Source: Cyanophora paradoxa CCMP329 (taxonomy: Eukaryota > Plantae > Glaucophyta). From it: 64,000 nucleotides of DNA. Below are positions 37,016 through 48,690 of the stretch, in pieces (the stretch's first letter is position 1; the number at the start of each line of letters is the position of its first letter). The stretch covers positions 1 through 64,000 of the forward strand of contig QPMI01000597.1 of NCBI GenBank assembly GCA_004431415.1, written 5' to 3'. The notes beneath the pieces were generated by a model. That model worked only from the letters and a program-made list of their open reading frames with translations, was not told the DNA's origin and did no database searches. Made by a program: the position numbers and the translations under genes.

Positions 37016-38708
37016 CACTCCACGCCGCACGCGCCCGCCTCTGCCTCCGCCCTCCACGTCAGCTTATGAATTAGCTAGCGCTTGAGCTTCCTCCTGGTGC
37101 CATCGCAGATCTAGATCTCCTCATTGCGAAGATCGACATTTTTATGCTTGAATTCAGGTTTAGTTAGCGCGCTAGAATCTTAGGACAGATCGTTTGTCAT
37201 TCGTAAACTGCAATTTGCCGCAGTTCCATGCATGCGTATATACGTATGTTATGCATGATGTGCATTTGAAATTTTATGCCTAGACTCTGAGAAACTTTTG
37301 AAAAATCGGAAATTCATGCAGTTCGCGCCGCGCCGCGGCGCGCGGCGCGCCGGCGCGCTGCCGCAGCCTGAGGCACGGCGCAGTGCCACTGGGTCACTCA
37401 TTGACTGATTATGATCAAGATCATGATCATGAGCCTGCCAGGCTGCAACATATATCAGTCCGATGAGCTCGAGATCCCCGACTCGGCGATATCGATCCCC
37501 GCCGCCTGCATGTGCAAGCCGCATGCATATGCGCACTGTACGGTATATACACCGCAGCCTGGCAGGCGCGCGCGCGCAAATGCATGCGCGGCGCACGTGC
37601 AGGTGCACGTGGCGTTTCCTCGTGTCACAGACTCATGCTCACAGTGTAGAACGGCACCGTTCAACGGTCAATGTTGCGCATGCATGCCCGGCCATGGCCA
37701 TGATGCCGCGCATGCGTGATGATGCCGCATTTCAAAAGTTTGATCATGCCATGATCATCGGATGCGTCGCGTCGCGTCGATCGCGACGACAGCGACTCGG
37801 CGAGCGGGTCGGAGACTCGGAGCGGTCAGCTTGCGAGGATTTTGGGAACTTCGAATTAATTCGAATTCGGAATGCGATTGCACCATGAACACTGTACCCC
37901 GGTTCCCGATCGCCTCAATGAGCTTTTCTCGCATTTGGCTTGGGAGTCGTTGCAATTGCAATTGGGACCTTCACTGATGAGTCAAGGCTTTGAGGGCAAT
38001 ATGCAAGCCTGCAGGCAAGCAACTTGCAATAGCAACGGCCAAGCTCGACATCTATAGCTATCGCCGAGTCCATCGCATGGCATGCATGTGGCATGTGCTT
38101 ATGCCGCAGTGCTATATGCAGCCGAGCGGTCCGACGCGTACGTACGGTCGCGGCGGCTTCGAGCGCTCCTGCGGATGCCCATCCAGTGGCATCCACCGTG
38201 ATCCACGCGCATCTGAGTCGATGTGACACATCGGCGGCGATTCGGCGCGTGCAGTGACTCTCAGGCGAGTCTCAGCACGTGAGTGCCACTGACCCTTTCT
38301 CGCCTCCATGCGCCTGGATGGCCAGCCGCTGACTCAGTGAGCACTCGCGGTTTTTCATGATCACCGAGCAGGTCGACGTCCGACTGTCCAAGCTCGATCG
38401 CGAGAAACTAGCAACTCTTGAACTCCAAGTCTCCAACTTGAATTGCCTCCACGATCTGCGAGACCGACGTCGACCGTCCGACGGTCGGACGTTGCCCGCT
38501 CGCGGTCGTCGCCAAGCTTCAGCTCAGCGGCCGCGCGCCGCCGCGCGCTGCTCTCCAGCAGCAGGCTGCCAGCTGGCCGCATCGTCGACGTCTCCGCTCC
38601 ATACCCGGTGACCGTGACCTAGCTAGCGCTAGCCTAGGGTCGTGGGCCGTCGCGGCCGGCGCACTCGTCATGTCAGCTGCATGCACAGCGGCGCGACCTT
38701 CTCCACGG

Positions 38709-39903
38709 ATGAGGATCATCCAGCGCATTCGCGCCTCGCTAAGCATGGACGCCGCGTACGCGTCCTCCTCCGATCACGCGTCGAGGCGCCTCTCAACATC
38801 CGCCGGCGTCGGCGTCGTCGCCCAAGTGAACAGAGCCTCCGAGCGCGACGCGCCAACCGCGCCGACGTTGAACGATCTCGTGTCACCGGCATCCCCGGGC
38901 ACTGAACGGGCGCCGTCTTCGCCGTCACCCCCGACGCCGCCCAAGACGCCCCGCCTCCCCCGGGCGGCCGCGGCGGCCCCTCCCGCGCACGTCTCCACGG
39001 GCGTCGCCTCGACGTCGTCGCACAGCGCCGCTGCGTCGGAGGCCTCCTCGTCGCTGTACCTCGGCGCTTCCTGCGAGATGATTCTCAACGAGGTGCCGTT
39101 GCCCCATTCCCGAGGTTGCGCGCTTCGCATCGCCTAATCGCGAGTGCCCCTGCAGTTCTTCAGCGCTCTGTCCCCCGACGGCGCGGCAATCCAGTTCAGC
39201 ACGTACCAGCGTCTCCACACGTGCCTGTTTCGCGCGGTTCGCCCCCTCCCGGCCGGCCAGCGGCGATGCGGCGCCGTCGCCGACGCCCTCCGCGCAGCTG
39301 CGATGCCAGTTCGACGAGAAGGTCGCGCTGGCGGTGGCGGAGGGCGACTGGGCCGCCGACTCGCAGGGGCGCGGCTCAATGGGCCGCGATCAGCTCTACG
39401 CCTCGCTCGCCTCGCTGGCCGCCAAGTGCGTCCTGCCGGCGAGCGGCGATGAGGCGACGGCCGAATTGCTTGCCACCCTCTACTCGCTCCTCTGCGACGA
39501 CCACGAGCGGAGCTCGGGGCGCCCCGCCCTCCGCCACTGGCGCAACGTGCCCCTCGGCGGCGCCCTCCAGGCCATCGCCCGCATCCGGCGCAGTGCCGCA
39601 CCGGCCCCGGCCCCGGCCCCGCTCCCCGCGGCGGCGCTCTCGCCCTTGGCGCCGCGGCCGCTCCGCGCGGGGCCGGTGGCGGCGGCCTCGGAGCGTGCCT
39701 CGGAGGGCGAGGAGAAGGAGGAGGAGTCGGGCGGCTCGAGGCGGCGCGGGCGGCGCAGCTGGTCGTCGGACTCGTCCCTCGCCCTCCGCCGCTTCGCCGC
39801 CGCCAACGCCTACGCCCGCCGCCGCCACTCCGCCGGCTCCCTCCCCGACGCCCCCTCCGACACCCGCCAGACCCGCGGCCTCTGCCCCGCCCTCGGCGCG
39901 TAG
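38709..39903 (+). CDS. Hypothetical protein with a degenerate EF-hand-like helical domain; start approximate
   Basis: ..MILNE|FFSALSPDGAAIQFSTYQRLHTCLFRA|LRCQFDEKVALAVAEGDWAADSQGRGSMGRDQLYASL..; two in-frame GT-AG introns. Confidence 0.6.
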
Positions 39904-40453
39904 GCCGTAACTATTTAATGTAGTTTCGTGTAGTACTTGATACGTTGTATAGTACCATCAGCAGATTGTTTGTGTGTAGTTTATACTCGTAAGCAGAGTT
40001 GTCAAGCACGATTTCATGAAGTCCTTCCTCCGCAGCTCAGACTGCGTCATGTAGCGATTTTCAGTGTTATCGTTTTATCATTCCGCGATCGTGATCATGA
40101 TCGATTGTCATGATCCTGTTTCAAGATGCAGACTCTGAGATTAATATTGACCCCAACGTTGAATAGTGCATTCAGTGATTCCCTGTGACCGATCTTTGTG
40201 AATTCCGTGCTCGAATCATGCTCGAATCAAATAAGCCTTTTCATATTGAATCAGATCGAGAACCGGGCTCCGTGATGCCCTCGGGTGGCGCTGTTTGGAG
40301 GCAAGGTATAAGGGGACAGGGGTAGCAGCATTGGCCCGGAGTCAGGTGGAGCGCCGAACTTCCCCGAAGTCAGGCATGGGGAGCAGTAATAGTGGTGTAA
40401 GATCAAGAAATGTGATATGTGATACATTGAACAAACTGATCATGTATAGCTAT

Positions 40454-41376
40454 ATGGCGCGGCGGGTCCCGCGGCCACCCGATCGCAAAGCCCTGCGGCT
40501 GGCTGCGGGGTGACCGAGCGCGACCGAGCTACCTGGGGGCAGTTCGATCAGAGCTCGTCGACACTAGACGGAGGGCGTGCCGCCGGCTCACGGCTCACTT
40601 GGAACAGCGAGAAACTGGCGCGGCGGGCCCCGCCGCCCGAAGCCCTGCGGCCGGCAAGCGCGCGCCCCCGAGCAACCTGCGCGCAGTTCGATCAGAGCTT
40701 GTCGGCAATAGACGGAGGGCGTGCCGCCGGCTCACGGCTCACCTGGAACAGCGAGCGAGATCTGGCGCCGCGGGTCTCGCCGCCCGAAGCCCTGCGGCCA
40801 GCGAGCGCGCGCGACCGAGCGACCTGCGCGCAGTTCGATCAGAGCTCGTTGGCAATAGACGGAGGGCGTGCCGCCGGCTCACGGCTCACCTGGAACAGCG
40901 AGCGAGATCTGGCGCAGCGGGTCCCGCCGCCCGAAGCCCTGCGGCCGGCGAGCGAGCGACCTGCGCGCAGTTCGATCAGAGCTCGTCAGCACTAGACGGA
41001 GGGCGTGCCGCCGGCTCACGGCTCACCTGGAACAGCGAGAAACTGGCGCAGCGGGTCCCGCCGCCCGAAGCCCTGCGGCCGGCGAGCGAGCGCGACCGAG
41101 CGACCTGCGGGCAGTTCGATCAGAGCTCGTCAGCAATAGACGGAAGGCGTGCCGCCGGCTCCCGGCTCACCTGGAACAGCGAGCGAGAAACTGGCACCGG
41201 GGTCCCGCCGCCCGAAGCCCTGCGGCCGGCGAGCGAGCGCGACCGAGCGATCTGCGCGCAGTTCGATCAGAGCTCGTCGGCACTAGACGGAAGGCGTGCC
41301 GCCGGCTCACGGCTCACCTGGAACAGCGAGCGAGATCTGGCGCCGCGGGTCTCGCCGCCCGAAGCCCTGCGGCCGA
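40454..41376. repeat. Tandem array of ~6.3 units of 137-147 bp
   Basis: CAGTTCGATCAGAGCT recurs at 40540, 40684, 40831, 40968, 41112 and 41259 (periods 144, 147, 137, 144, 147). Confidence 0.97.
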
Positions 41377-42339
41377 AAAGCGAAAGCGCTAGCGTGCGAA
41401 GAGCGAGCCGAAGCGTTCAGAAGCTTCAGTTCTCTGCATCTGCTGCAGCCGCCGAGCTGTTTCGACCGTTTGCAATCAACGGGGGTATACGTACGCTTAG
41501 CCCTTTTCGGCCTTTTTTTGGCCGCGCAAACGGGCGAGGGCGATCTCAGCTGCTGCCGCTCGTTAAGGGCCGCCGCTCGAGAATTCACTTCGTATAGTGC
41601 TCATAGTCATTTCCGGCGCCCAGGCAGCGCTCCGCGACCGCCCGGAAGCGAGTGTATGTCGATATGCAATCCCGAGGTCGCTTAGGACGCATCTTTCAGC
41701 GGCGCTGGTCGGGGCTATGAGGTCCTTAGACTTGGGGCTATCCGGAAACTGGCGCCGTTACTCGGGCGTTGATGTCTCCGTCTCAGGAAGTTGGGTTCCG
41801 TTAGAAAAAAAACCGAGAACCCAGCGAAAACTAGAAAAAGTCATCGGATCCGAGACTATTATATTGTATTGACCCGGCCGCGGGTGACCCCATCATGGCG
41901 TGGGGCTGGCCGCCGGGCCATAAATATAAAGCGCCCTAAGAATTGCAGCAGCCGAGTCGCGAGCTGCAGCTGGCCATGGAGGCGCCCTAGACCTGAATTT
42001 TTCGAACTTCCAATTGCAATATGTTCGGAATTCGAAAATTCGAAGCCGCTCAGCGGCTGCTGAGCCTCACTGAGTCAGGCTTGTCGTGATCACTCTGGTC
42101 GATTTGGCTGGATAAAATAATGGGAAGCGATTGGCGAGAAACTGAAGCGTTTAATACTAGCTAGTATGCATCTTGATGCTAGAATAAGGCTCATTTTCGT
42201 GCGGATCCGGTACGAAATTTTCCTACTAGGCTAGATGTATGGCCATACAAAGGCGACGAGGAAAAGGCCAGTTTCGCGGCGAGCTAGCCGAGCTAGCAGC
42301 GCGCCCGGCCGGCGTCTTATTGCTCCAGCGTTCGAGTCC

Positions 42340-42444
42340 CGGGAAGGGCAGTTGGGGGGAGCGGGGGGGCCTGGGCGGGCCTTGAGCTGCTGCCGGGAAG
42401 GGCAGTTGGGGGGAGCGGGGGGGCCTGGGCGGGCCTTGAGCTGC
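42340..42444. repeat. 54-bp G-rich tandem duplication
   Basis: CGGGAAGGGCAGTTGGGGGGAGCGGGGGGGCCTGGGCGGGCCTTGAGCTGC occurs twice. Confidence 0.92.
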
Positions 42445-43249
42445 CTTGCGCTGTCGAGGGCTGAAGAGGGGGCCGGGGCGCAGCGACCCCCGAGGCCAAC
42501 TTCTGCACGGCGAGACATTGGCGCGAAACCAAAAATTTCCCTGCTCTAGATTGCTCTAAACTGCACTTCTGACGTGCTCAGTTTCGCGCCAATCGTTCGC
42601 TGTGCTCCGCTAGAATTTCGGCTGGACATGTATGGCGAGTATGCGGCCGCGGCCGCGGCCGCGCGCGCGCGGGGCGCCGCGCCCGGCCGCGGCGGCTCAG
42701 CGGCTAGCCAAGTCAGATATCGATGATGGAGGGCATGCGCAATTGCGGAGTCAAACGTTTCTTCTAGATATCACAGCGGTACGCTCCCATCAGGCATAGT
42801 AAAGAACTCCAGGGCAACTTGCAAAAGGAGCCGAGTCTAGGAGCCAGACAACGCCCGCGTCGCGATCGGTCCGTCTGTCGCGGCTTGGAGAATTTCGAAG
42901 TTGGGAGTCCTGGCATGGGTACTCAGATTCAGCCGGGCGGCTACTGGGCCATCTAGGCGATAGTCGAGCCTCGGAGCGTGAGCCCGTTGCCCGGCAGCCC
43001 GAGCCCCGCGTCGCCAGCGAGATGTCGGGGCGTAGGAGCGAGAGCCGATTGCTCGAGAGCCCGGCGGGCGTTCGGCGGATCGTGGCCAAGTGCGTTCTCA
43101 ACGGGGTGATGCCTTCGCTGAGATACGCACGATCTAGAGTATACCTACTCGCCTCCAGCGGTTCAGCATGCTGTGGGATGCGCCCCTAGCGGATTAGCAT
43201 GCTGTTGGACCAGACCCGGCGCTCCTGATGGGATGCGCCACAGTTACAG

Positions 43250-45323
43250 GTGTTCAAGCTACCTGAACCTCTCGTTCACGGTCCCCGTTGTGGTGGTGCG
43301 CGTTCACCCGAACAAGAAGACGTACATCGCCATCGACTTGGACATGGACGAGAACCCGACCTGTCGCGCAGGCATCTGTGGTCGTGCTTGCGCGGACCTG
43401 GGAGACCGCGTGCGATCAGCGCCTTCAGCTATGGCTCCTCATCCTGGTCGCCGAGCAAGCGGCGACCCTGCCGCTCAGGTGCCCCCTCGCCCCGTGCCCC
43501 CACCCACCTCCCCCCCGCCCCCGCGCCCCCGCCCTCCCCCCGGCCCCGCCGCCGAGGCTACCCCGAAGCGCGCCCTGAGCCGCTGAGCCGCCCGTTTAGG
43601 TGGTGGATTCATAGGAGCCTTCCTGCGGTCCGCTAGCGCTCCCCTCCCCGCCTGCTGGACCCACCCGACCCACCTGGCCGGATTTCGCTCAGGTTCACGG
43701 CGAATTCTCGATGCTATTCGCAATCAACCGCCTCCGGCACATCCAGATGTCCGTTCCCTTTAGGGCCTCAAGAATCCTCCGCTTCACACTGATGGCCTGG
43801 TGGGGCTCATCCCCCGCCCCGGGCGGCCGGCCGCGAGAGCGCCGGCTCACGGGGCGGTAGGGGCATTGTGGGCTGCGCCCTAGTGTTCGAGAGCAAGACG
43901 TGCCGGGAGACGAGCCCGCACCTTTACACCCTCTGCTGTGCGCTGACGCGCCCCGCCTCGCCGCGCGATCGCGCGTTGAGGGCGGGGGCGCCGCTGCAGT
44001 CGCGCTCTGCCTCATCTTCCTGGTGGTGGTGTCGCTGCTGCTGCTCTACTCGTGCTGCTACGTCTCATGCCTGTGCACGGCGCGGGCCCTCACCCGCTGG
44101 CATCGCCGCGTCAACCTCACCTCCCTCGAGCTCGCCGCCCGCCCCGGCCTCGGCCCCCTCGCCACCCCCACCGGCACCCCCCAGTCCGACATCGACAGCC
44201 TGCCCACCGTGCGCCGCCCCGCCGCGCCGGCCGCCTCCGCGGGGCGGGGCGGCTGAGGGTGGGCAGCTGCTGTACCGGGCGGAGGGCGGACTGGAGGGGG
44301 GCCTGCTGGGCGGGCCCTGGAAGGTGGACACGCAGTGCGCCATCTGCCTCTGCGAGTGCGCCCGACGGCCCCGACGCCGCCCCCCACCCCCCGCCCCCCG
44401 CCCTCCCCTCAGCGCCCGGCCCCAGGTACGAGGCCGGCGAGGAGCTCCGAGTCCTCCCCTGCCGCCACTCCTTCCGCGCGCCCCGCCACGCCGCCCCGCA
44501 CCGCCCCGCCCCGCTGACGCCCCGCAGACGACGCCTGCATCGTCCCCTGGCTGCAGCGCTCGACCTGCTGCCCGCTCTGCAAGAAGAGCCTCGTGCCCGG
44601 CGCCCCCGAGGAGGAGCCCCCCCGGCCCGTCGTCATGCGCACCTCAGCCGGCGCTGCGGCGGAGGGCCGCGCCGGCCCGCCTGCGCCGGTGGAGGGCGAG
44701 AGACCGGCGGGGCGCGCCGAAGACGCCGCGGTGGAAGCGGCAGTGGGGGAGGTCGCGGCGGCGGCGGCGGCGGCGGCCGAGGGCCTCTGGGGGACACGCC
44801 GCCCCCGGCCCCGAGGGCGGCCGCGGGCCGTGGGCGAGGCGCTCGCCGCACGCAGCGCGGGCCTTTGCCTCGGAGGGCGCCGGGGCGCAGGAGGAGGGCG
44901 AGGAGGCTCCGGCGGCGCGCGGCGGCGCGGAGGAGGAGGGCGAGCGCGTGGAGCCGCTGGCGGAGCGGGCGGCGGCCCCGGCCCCGGCGCGGCTGGAGGG
45001 ACGAGCGCCGAGGAGCCGGCGAGGGCAGCCGCGATCGTGCTGGAGGCCGACAGGGCGGGGAGGATTCCACCGGCAGCCGAGGGCGCGCGCCGGGGGCGAC
45101 CCGCCGGGGGCCGCCGAGGCCGAGCGGCCCCTGCCGCAGTCGCCCCACGTTCCGGAGGCCGCGGAGCCGGGGCGTGGGGCCGAGCCGGCCGCGGAGCGCG
45201 GCACGAGCCCGCGCCAGGGCCCGGCCCGCGCCATCGACTTCGACGCGGTCCCCACGACCCCGGAGGCTGCCGAGCATGCCCCCCCAGCGCGCCCTGCTGG
45301 CGCTTCCGAAAGTTCTGATCTAG
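43250..45323 (+). CDS. Transmembrane RING-H2 E3 ubiquitin ligase; true start probably further upstream
   Basis: Hydrophobic exons (VVLARTWETACDQRLQLWLL; CRETSPHLYTLC; LCLIFLVVVSLLLL), then CAICLCE|YEAGEELRVLPCRHSF|HDACIVPWLQRSTCCPLCK. Confidence 0.88.
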
Positions 45324-45926
45324 CCTGAGTCCATCGTAGCATATTACCGTAGTTTATGCTTGCGTTTGAAGTGTTCTCCTCCAAGATGCCGTGGTGGCCT
45401 TCACAGTCGCATACCCCCCCTTGACCAGCCGGGCCGGGCCGGCAGCTGCAGAAACGGAAGCCGCCGCGACGACGTCCCCGGGGCCAGCCGCCGCGAAGAT
45501 GACGGGCGGCGGGAGCTCCGGCGGCCAGTCGACGTCCGGATTTCATTTCAAGGATCGCAACTTCGCCGACTTAGATCTTCCAAGGTGCCGGGCCCTGCGC
45601 CGTGTTTGCGCGAGCTTTATGTTCTAAGAGCGGCCGACGCGTGTGGCACCGCAATCGCCACTCGAGCACGCCGCACCCGTGGAACGCAAGCGCGTCTCAG
45701 CTCGCGTTGCACGTCCGCTTCTAGAGGACACATTTGGCCGTTTCCTTAGCGCGATGTGCGGTGCCGCGCCCTCGCCGGGATCCGCCGAGACGGCCGGTCG
45801 ACTCCGCGTCATCTCCGCCGCCGCCGCGCGGCGGTGGCGACGCGTACATGTCCTAGATTCTAGTTGTGGATCTGAACTCCAAACGAGCGCCGTCTGCGGC
45901 GCGCCTGCGACTGGCCAGTCACGCTG

Positions 45927-47852
45927 ATGGCGCAAGCGCGGCCACCGCGCTGCGTTGACCGGGGAACACCAGCAATCGCATTCTATCCGCGATCTATCTC
46001 GAGATCTTCCTCCTCCGGGCTTAGCTAGGCCCCGAGTTTTCCCCGGTGCAAGATTCGGGGGTCCCTGACGCCCGACCCCCGCAGGTTCTTCGGATACGGC
46101 GCCCTCGCGTCCCTGGCGCTCGACGTGGTTCGCCCTCTGCCCCGCCCCGCGCCCCCTCCGCCAGTCGTGCCTCGCCGATCTGATCGCCCCCCGCCAGTTC
46201 ACCTTCCCCCTCTCCCTCGTCAAGACAAGGCTGCAGACTCAGAGAAGCTTAGGTGAGGCGGACGGCGGCCCCGCGCGTCTCTGCCGCCCGCCGGCGCCGA
46301 CCCTCTCGCAGACCCCCGGACGTCGACGCGGACAATCTACACAGGGACAGGGCACGCGTTCCGGACCATCCTCAAGCAGGCGCGCCGGCGGCGGGCCCCG
46401 GGGCCGTTGCGCGCCGGCTGAGCGGGGGCGACGCGCTGCGCAGGAGGGGCTCCGCGGCTTCTACTGCGGCTTCTGGGCCGCCGCCCTCGGGTGCGCCCCC
46501 CGCCCCCCGGCCTCTTCCCCGCCCCCCGCCCCGCTCACGCCTCCCCAGGGGCTTTCCCACCGCGGTGAGGCGGGGAGGAGGGGCCGGGGCGGCGGGGCTG
46601 ACGCGGGGCAGGCGGTGTACTTCTCGAGCTACGAGGTGTCCAAGTACGTGGCGGACGGGAGCGCGGCGCTGGAGGGCGTGGCGCAGCCCGTCCGCCACCT
46701 CGCCTGCGGCGCCATCGCCGAGCTCGTCGCCGACGTCTTCTGGGTCCCCGTCGACAGCAGTCCGCCCCCCGCCACCCGCACCCCCGCCCCGCCCCTCAGA
46801 GGGGCCACCCCGCCTGAGCCGGCCCTCGCCCCGCAGTCTCGAAGCGGATGCAGACGCAGGGGCTCGAGAAGCGCTACACGGGGGCAGTGGGCGCGCCCGG
46901 GCCCTCCCCTGCCGCCGCTCGCGGGGCGGCTCACGCGGGGCCCCTCGGCAGACTGCTTCAGGAAAGTGGTCGCGCAGCACGGGCCCGTCGCCCTCTGGGC
47001 CGGCCTGGTGCGCCCCTCGCCCTCCTGCCCTCGCCCCCCGCCCCTCACGCCCTCCCGCACCGCACGCAGCCGGCGACGATCCTCACGAATGCGCGCCCGC
47101 CGGCCGGCCGCTCGCGCGCTGCCGCCGGGGCGCGCCTGACGGGGCGGGCGGGGGGGCAGGTGCCGTTCTCGGCGGTCTGGTGGGCGGCTTACGAGTACAG
47201 CAAGCGGAGCCTGCACGAGCTCGACGCCCGCTCCCAGTTCAGGGCGCGCTTCTTCGGGCCCCGCACGCCCCCGACCCGCCCCTTCGCGGCCCGCAACGGC
47301 GCCGCCCCCGCCCCGGAGGCCGCATCCGACCAGGACCCTCTCTTCCACGTCCGCCCCGCCCTGCCCCGCCCAGCGGCTTCGCGCGCGCCGGGCCGCCCCG
47401 TCTGAGCCGCCGCCCCGCCTCAGGTCGCCTCGGGCGTCTTCGCCGGCACCGTCGGTGCCCCCGCCCCGCCGCTCCCCGCCCCGCGCAGTCCTCGCCGATC
47501 GATCGCCGCGCAGCCGCCGTGACGACCAACCCGCTCGACGTCTGCAAGGTACACTGTACCCCCGCCTGCCATGCGTTCCCTGCGTGGAGCTCGCCGGGCG
47601 GGGGCCGACGGGGGCTGGGCGGGGCAGACGCGGCTGGTGTCGGGGCAGGGGCTCGGGGAGGGGGCGGGGGCGCGGCGGGCGGGCGCGCCCTCCTTCCAGG
47701 AGACGTTCGACCTGTTGCGGCGGATCGTGCGGGAAGAGGGCGCGCGGGCGCTGCTCAAGGGGATGGCCCCCCGCGTCATGTACACGGCGCCGGCCTCGGC
47801 CCTCACCTTCGGCTTCTACGAGCAGGTCAAGAAGTACTCCGCCAAGGACTAG
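45927..47852 (+). CDS. Mitochondrial carrier family (SLC25A44-like); start approximate
   Basis: Three Px[D/E]xx[K/R]-type repeats: FPLSLVKTRLQ, VPVD..SKRMQ, NPLDVCK|TRL. Also ILKQ|EGLRGFY, VPFSAVWWAAYE and REEGARALLKG. Confidence 0.92.
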
Positions 47853-48130
47853 CCGCCCCCGCGCCCCGGGCCCGGCAGCCCACGGGCCCGTCCACTTTCA
47901 CCTCTTTTTTTCCTTTCCAGTGTCGCCCCCGCGGCCCATCGCGCGGGGCGTCTGTTTGACAGGATAGCACGGGGACAGGCAGGTAGGCAGGCAGGGGGCG
48001 GGTCTCAGTCTAGAGTGGAGGTAGCGCAGGTTGGATTCGTGGCTGTCGCTGCATGGCGACCTGCAGCAGATCTGGAGCGCGTGTAATGTGATCGTTATTC
48101 TGCATGTAATCAGTTATCGTACAGAGAAGA

Positions 48131-48328
48131 TCATCGGCTGCCTCTAGAGCCTCGGAGCGGGGAAGAGGGCGGGGAAGAGAGGGGCTCGCTGTTCGTTTCG
48201 ACGGCGGCGCGGCAGGAGCTGCGGATGTGCTCCAGGAGGGCGGTCCGCTCGGGGGGCCGGTCGGCGAAGGAGACGGCGCGGGGGGCCCCCCCGGGGCCCG
48301 CGCCTGCGAGGCGCAGCTCCGAGACGGG
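48131..48328 (-). pseudogene. Orphan duplicate of the 3' end of the adjacent aminotransferase gene
   Basis: PVSELRL..PRAVSFADRPPERTALLEHIR..VETNSEPLS versus PISELRL..PRAVSFADRPPERTAALRHVR..VEANSEPLS (48691-48850). Confidence 0.85.
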
Positions 48329-48690
48329 TGTCACAGTGTCGATATCGATGGCCACGTGCACCCAACGGGACCCGGATCTTCCGGTACACGTTTGCGGACT
48401 CCTAGGCCTAGGCCGGCGCTTGCCTTGCTAGGATCGATATCCGGCGAGAAAACCCGGGTTTTGGGAGGTCGGGGCATTTCATTTTGCAATTGGCCTAGCG
48501 TATAGCCTAGTAGGGTGGGCACCCGATCGCGAACACCCATAAGCTTAAGTGGGGGAAGGGGAAGGGGGTCCTTCCCCAATCATTCAGAAGCCTTTGCATC
48601 AAGCTCGGCCCTGAAACGTACAACGTTTGCCCAGCCTCGGGCCTCGGGCAGTTCTCGTGCAGAATTCAACATCCGCGGACATCGATGCCT

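Noticed and set aside
37715-40140. TGATGA / CTGA motifs as C/D snoRNAs
   Set aside because: No properly spaced C/D pair with terminal stem or recognisable rRNA guide was found.
40454-41376. CRISPR array
   Set aside because: Whole units are repeated with no unique spacers, there are no cas genes, and the context is eukaryotic.
41750-41767. TGGCGCCGTTACTCGGG resembling an LTR-retrotransposon primer-binding site
   Set aside because: No CA-terminated LTR, second LTR, or gag/pol is seen nearby.
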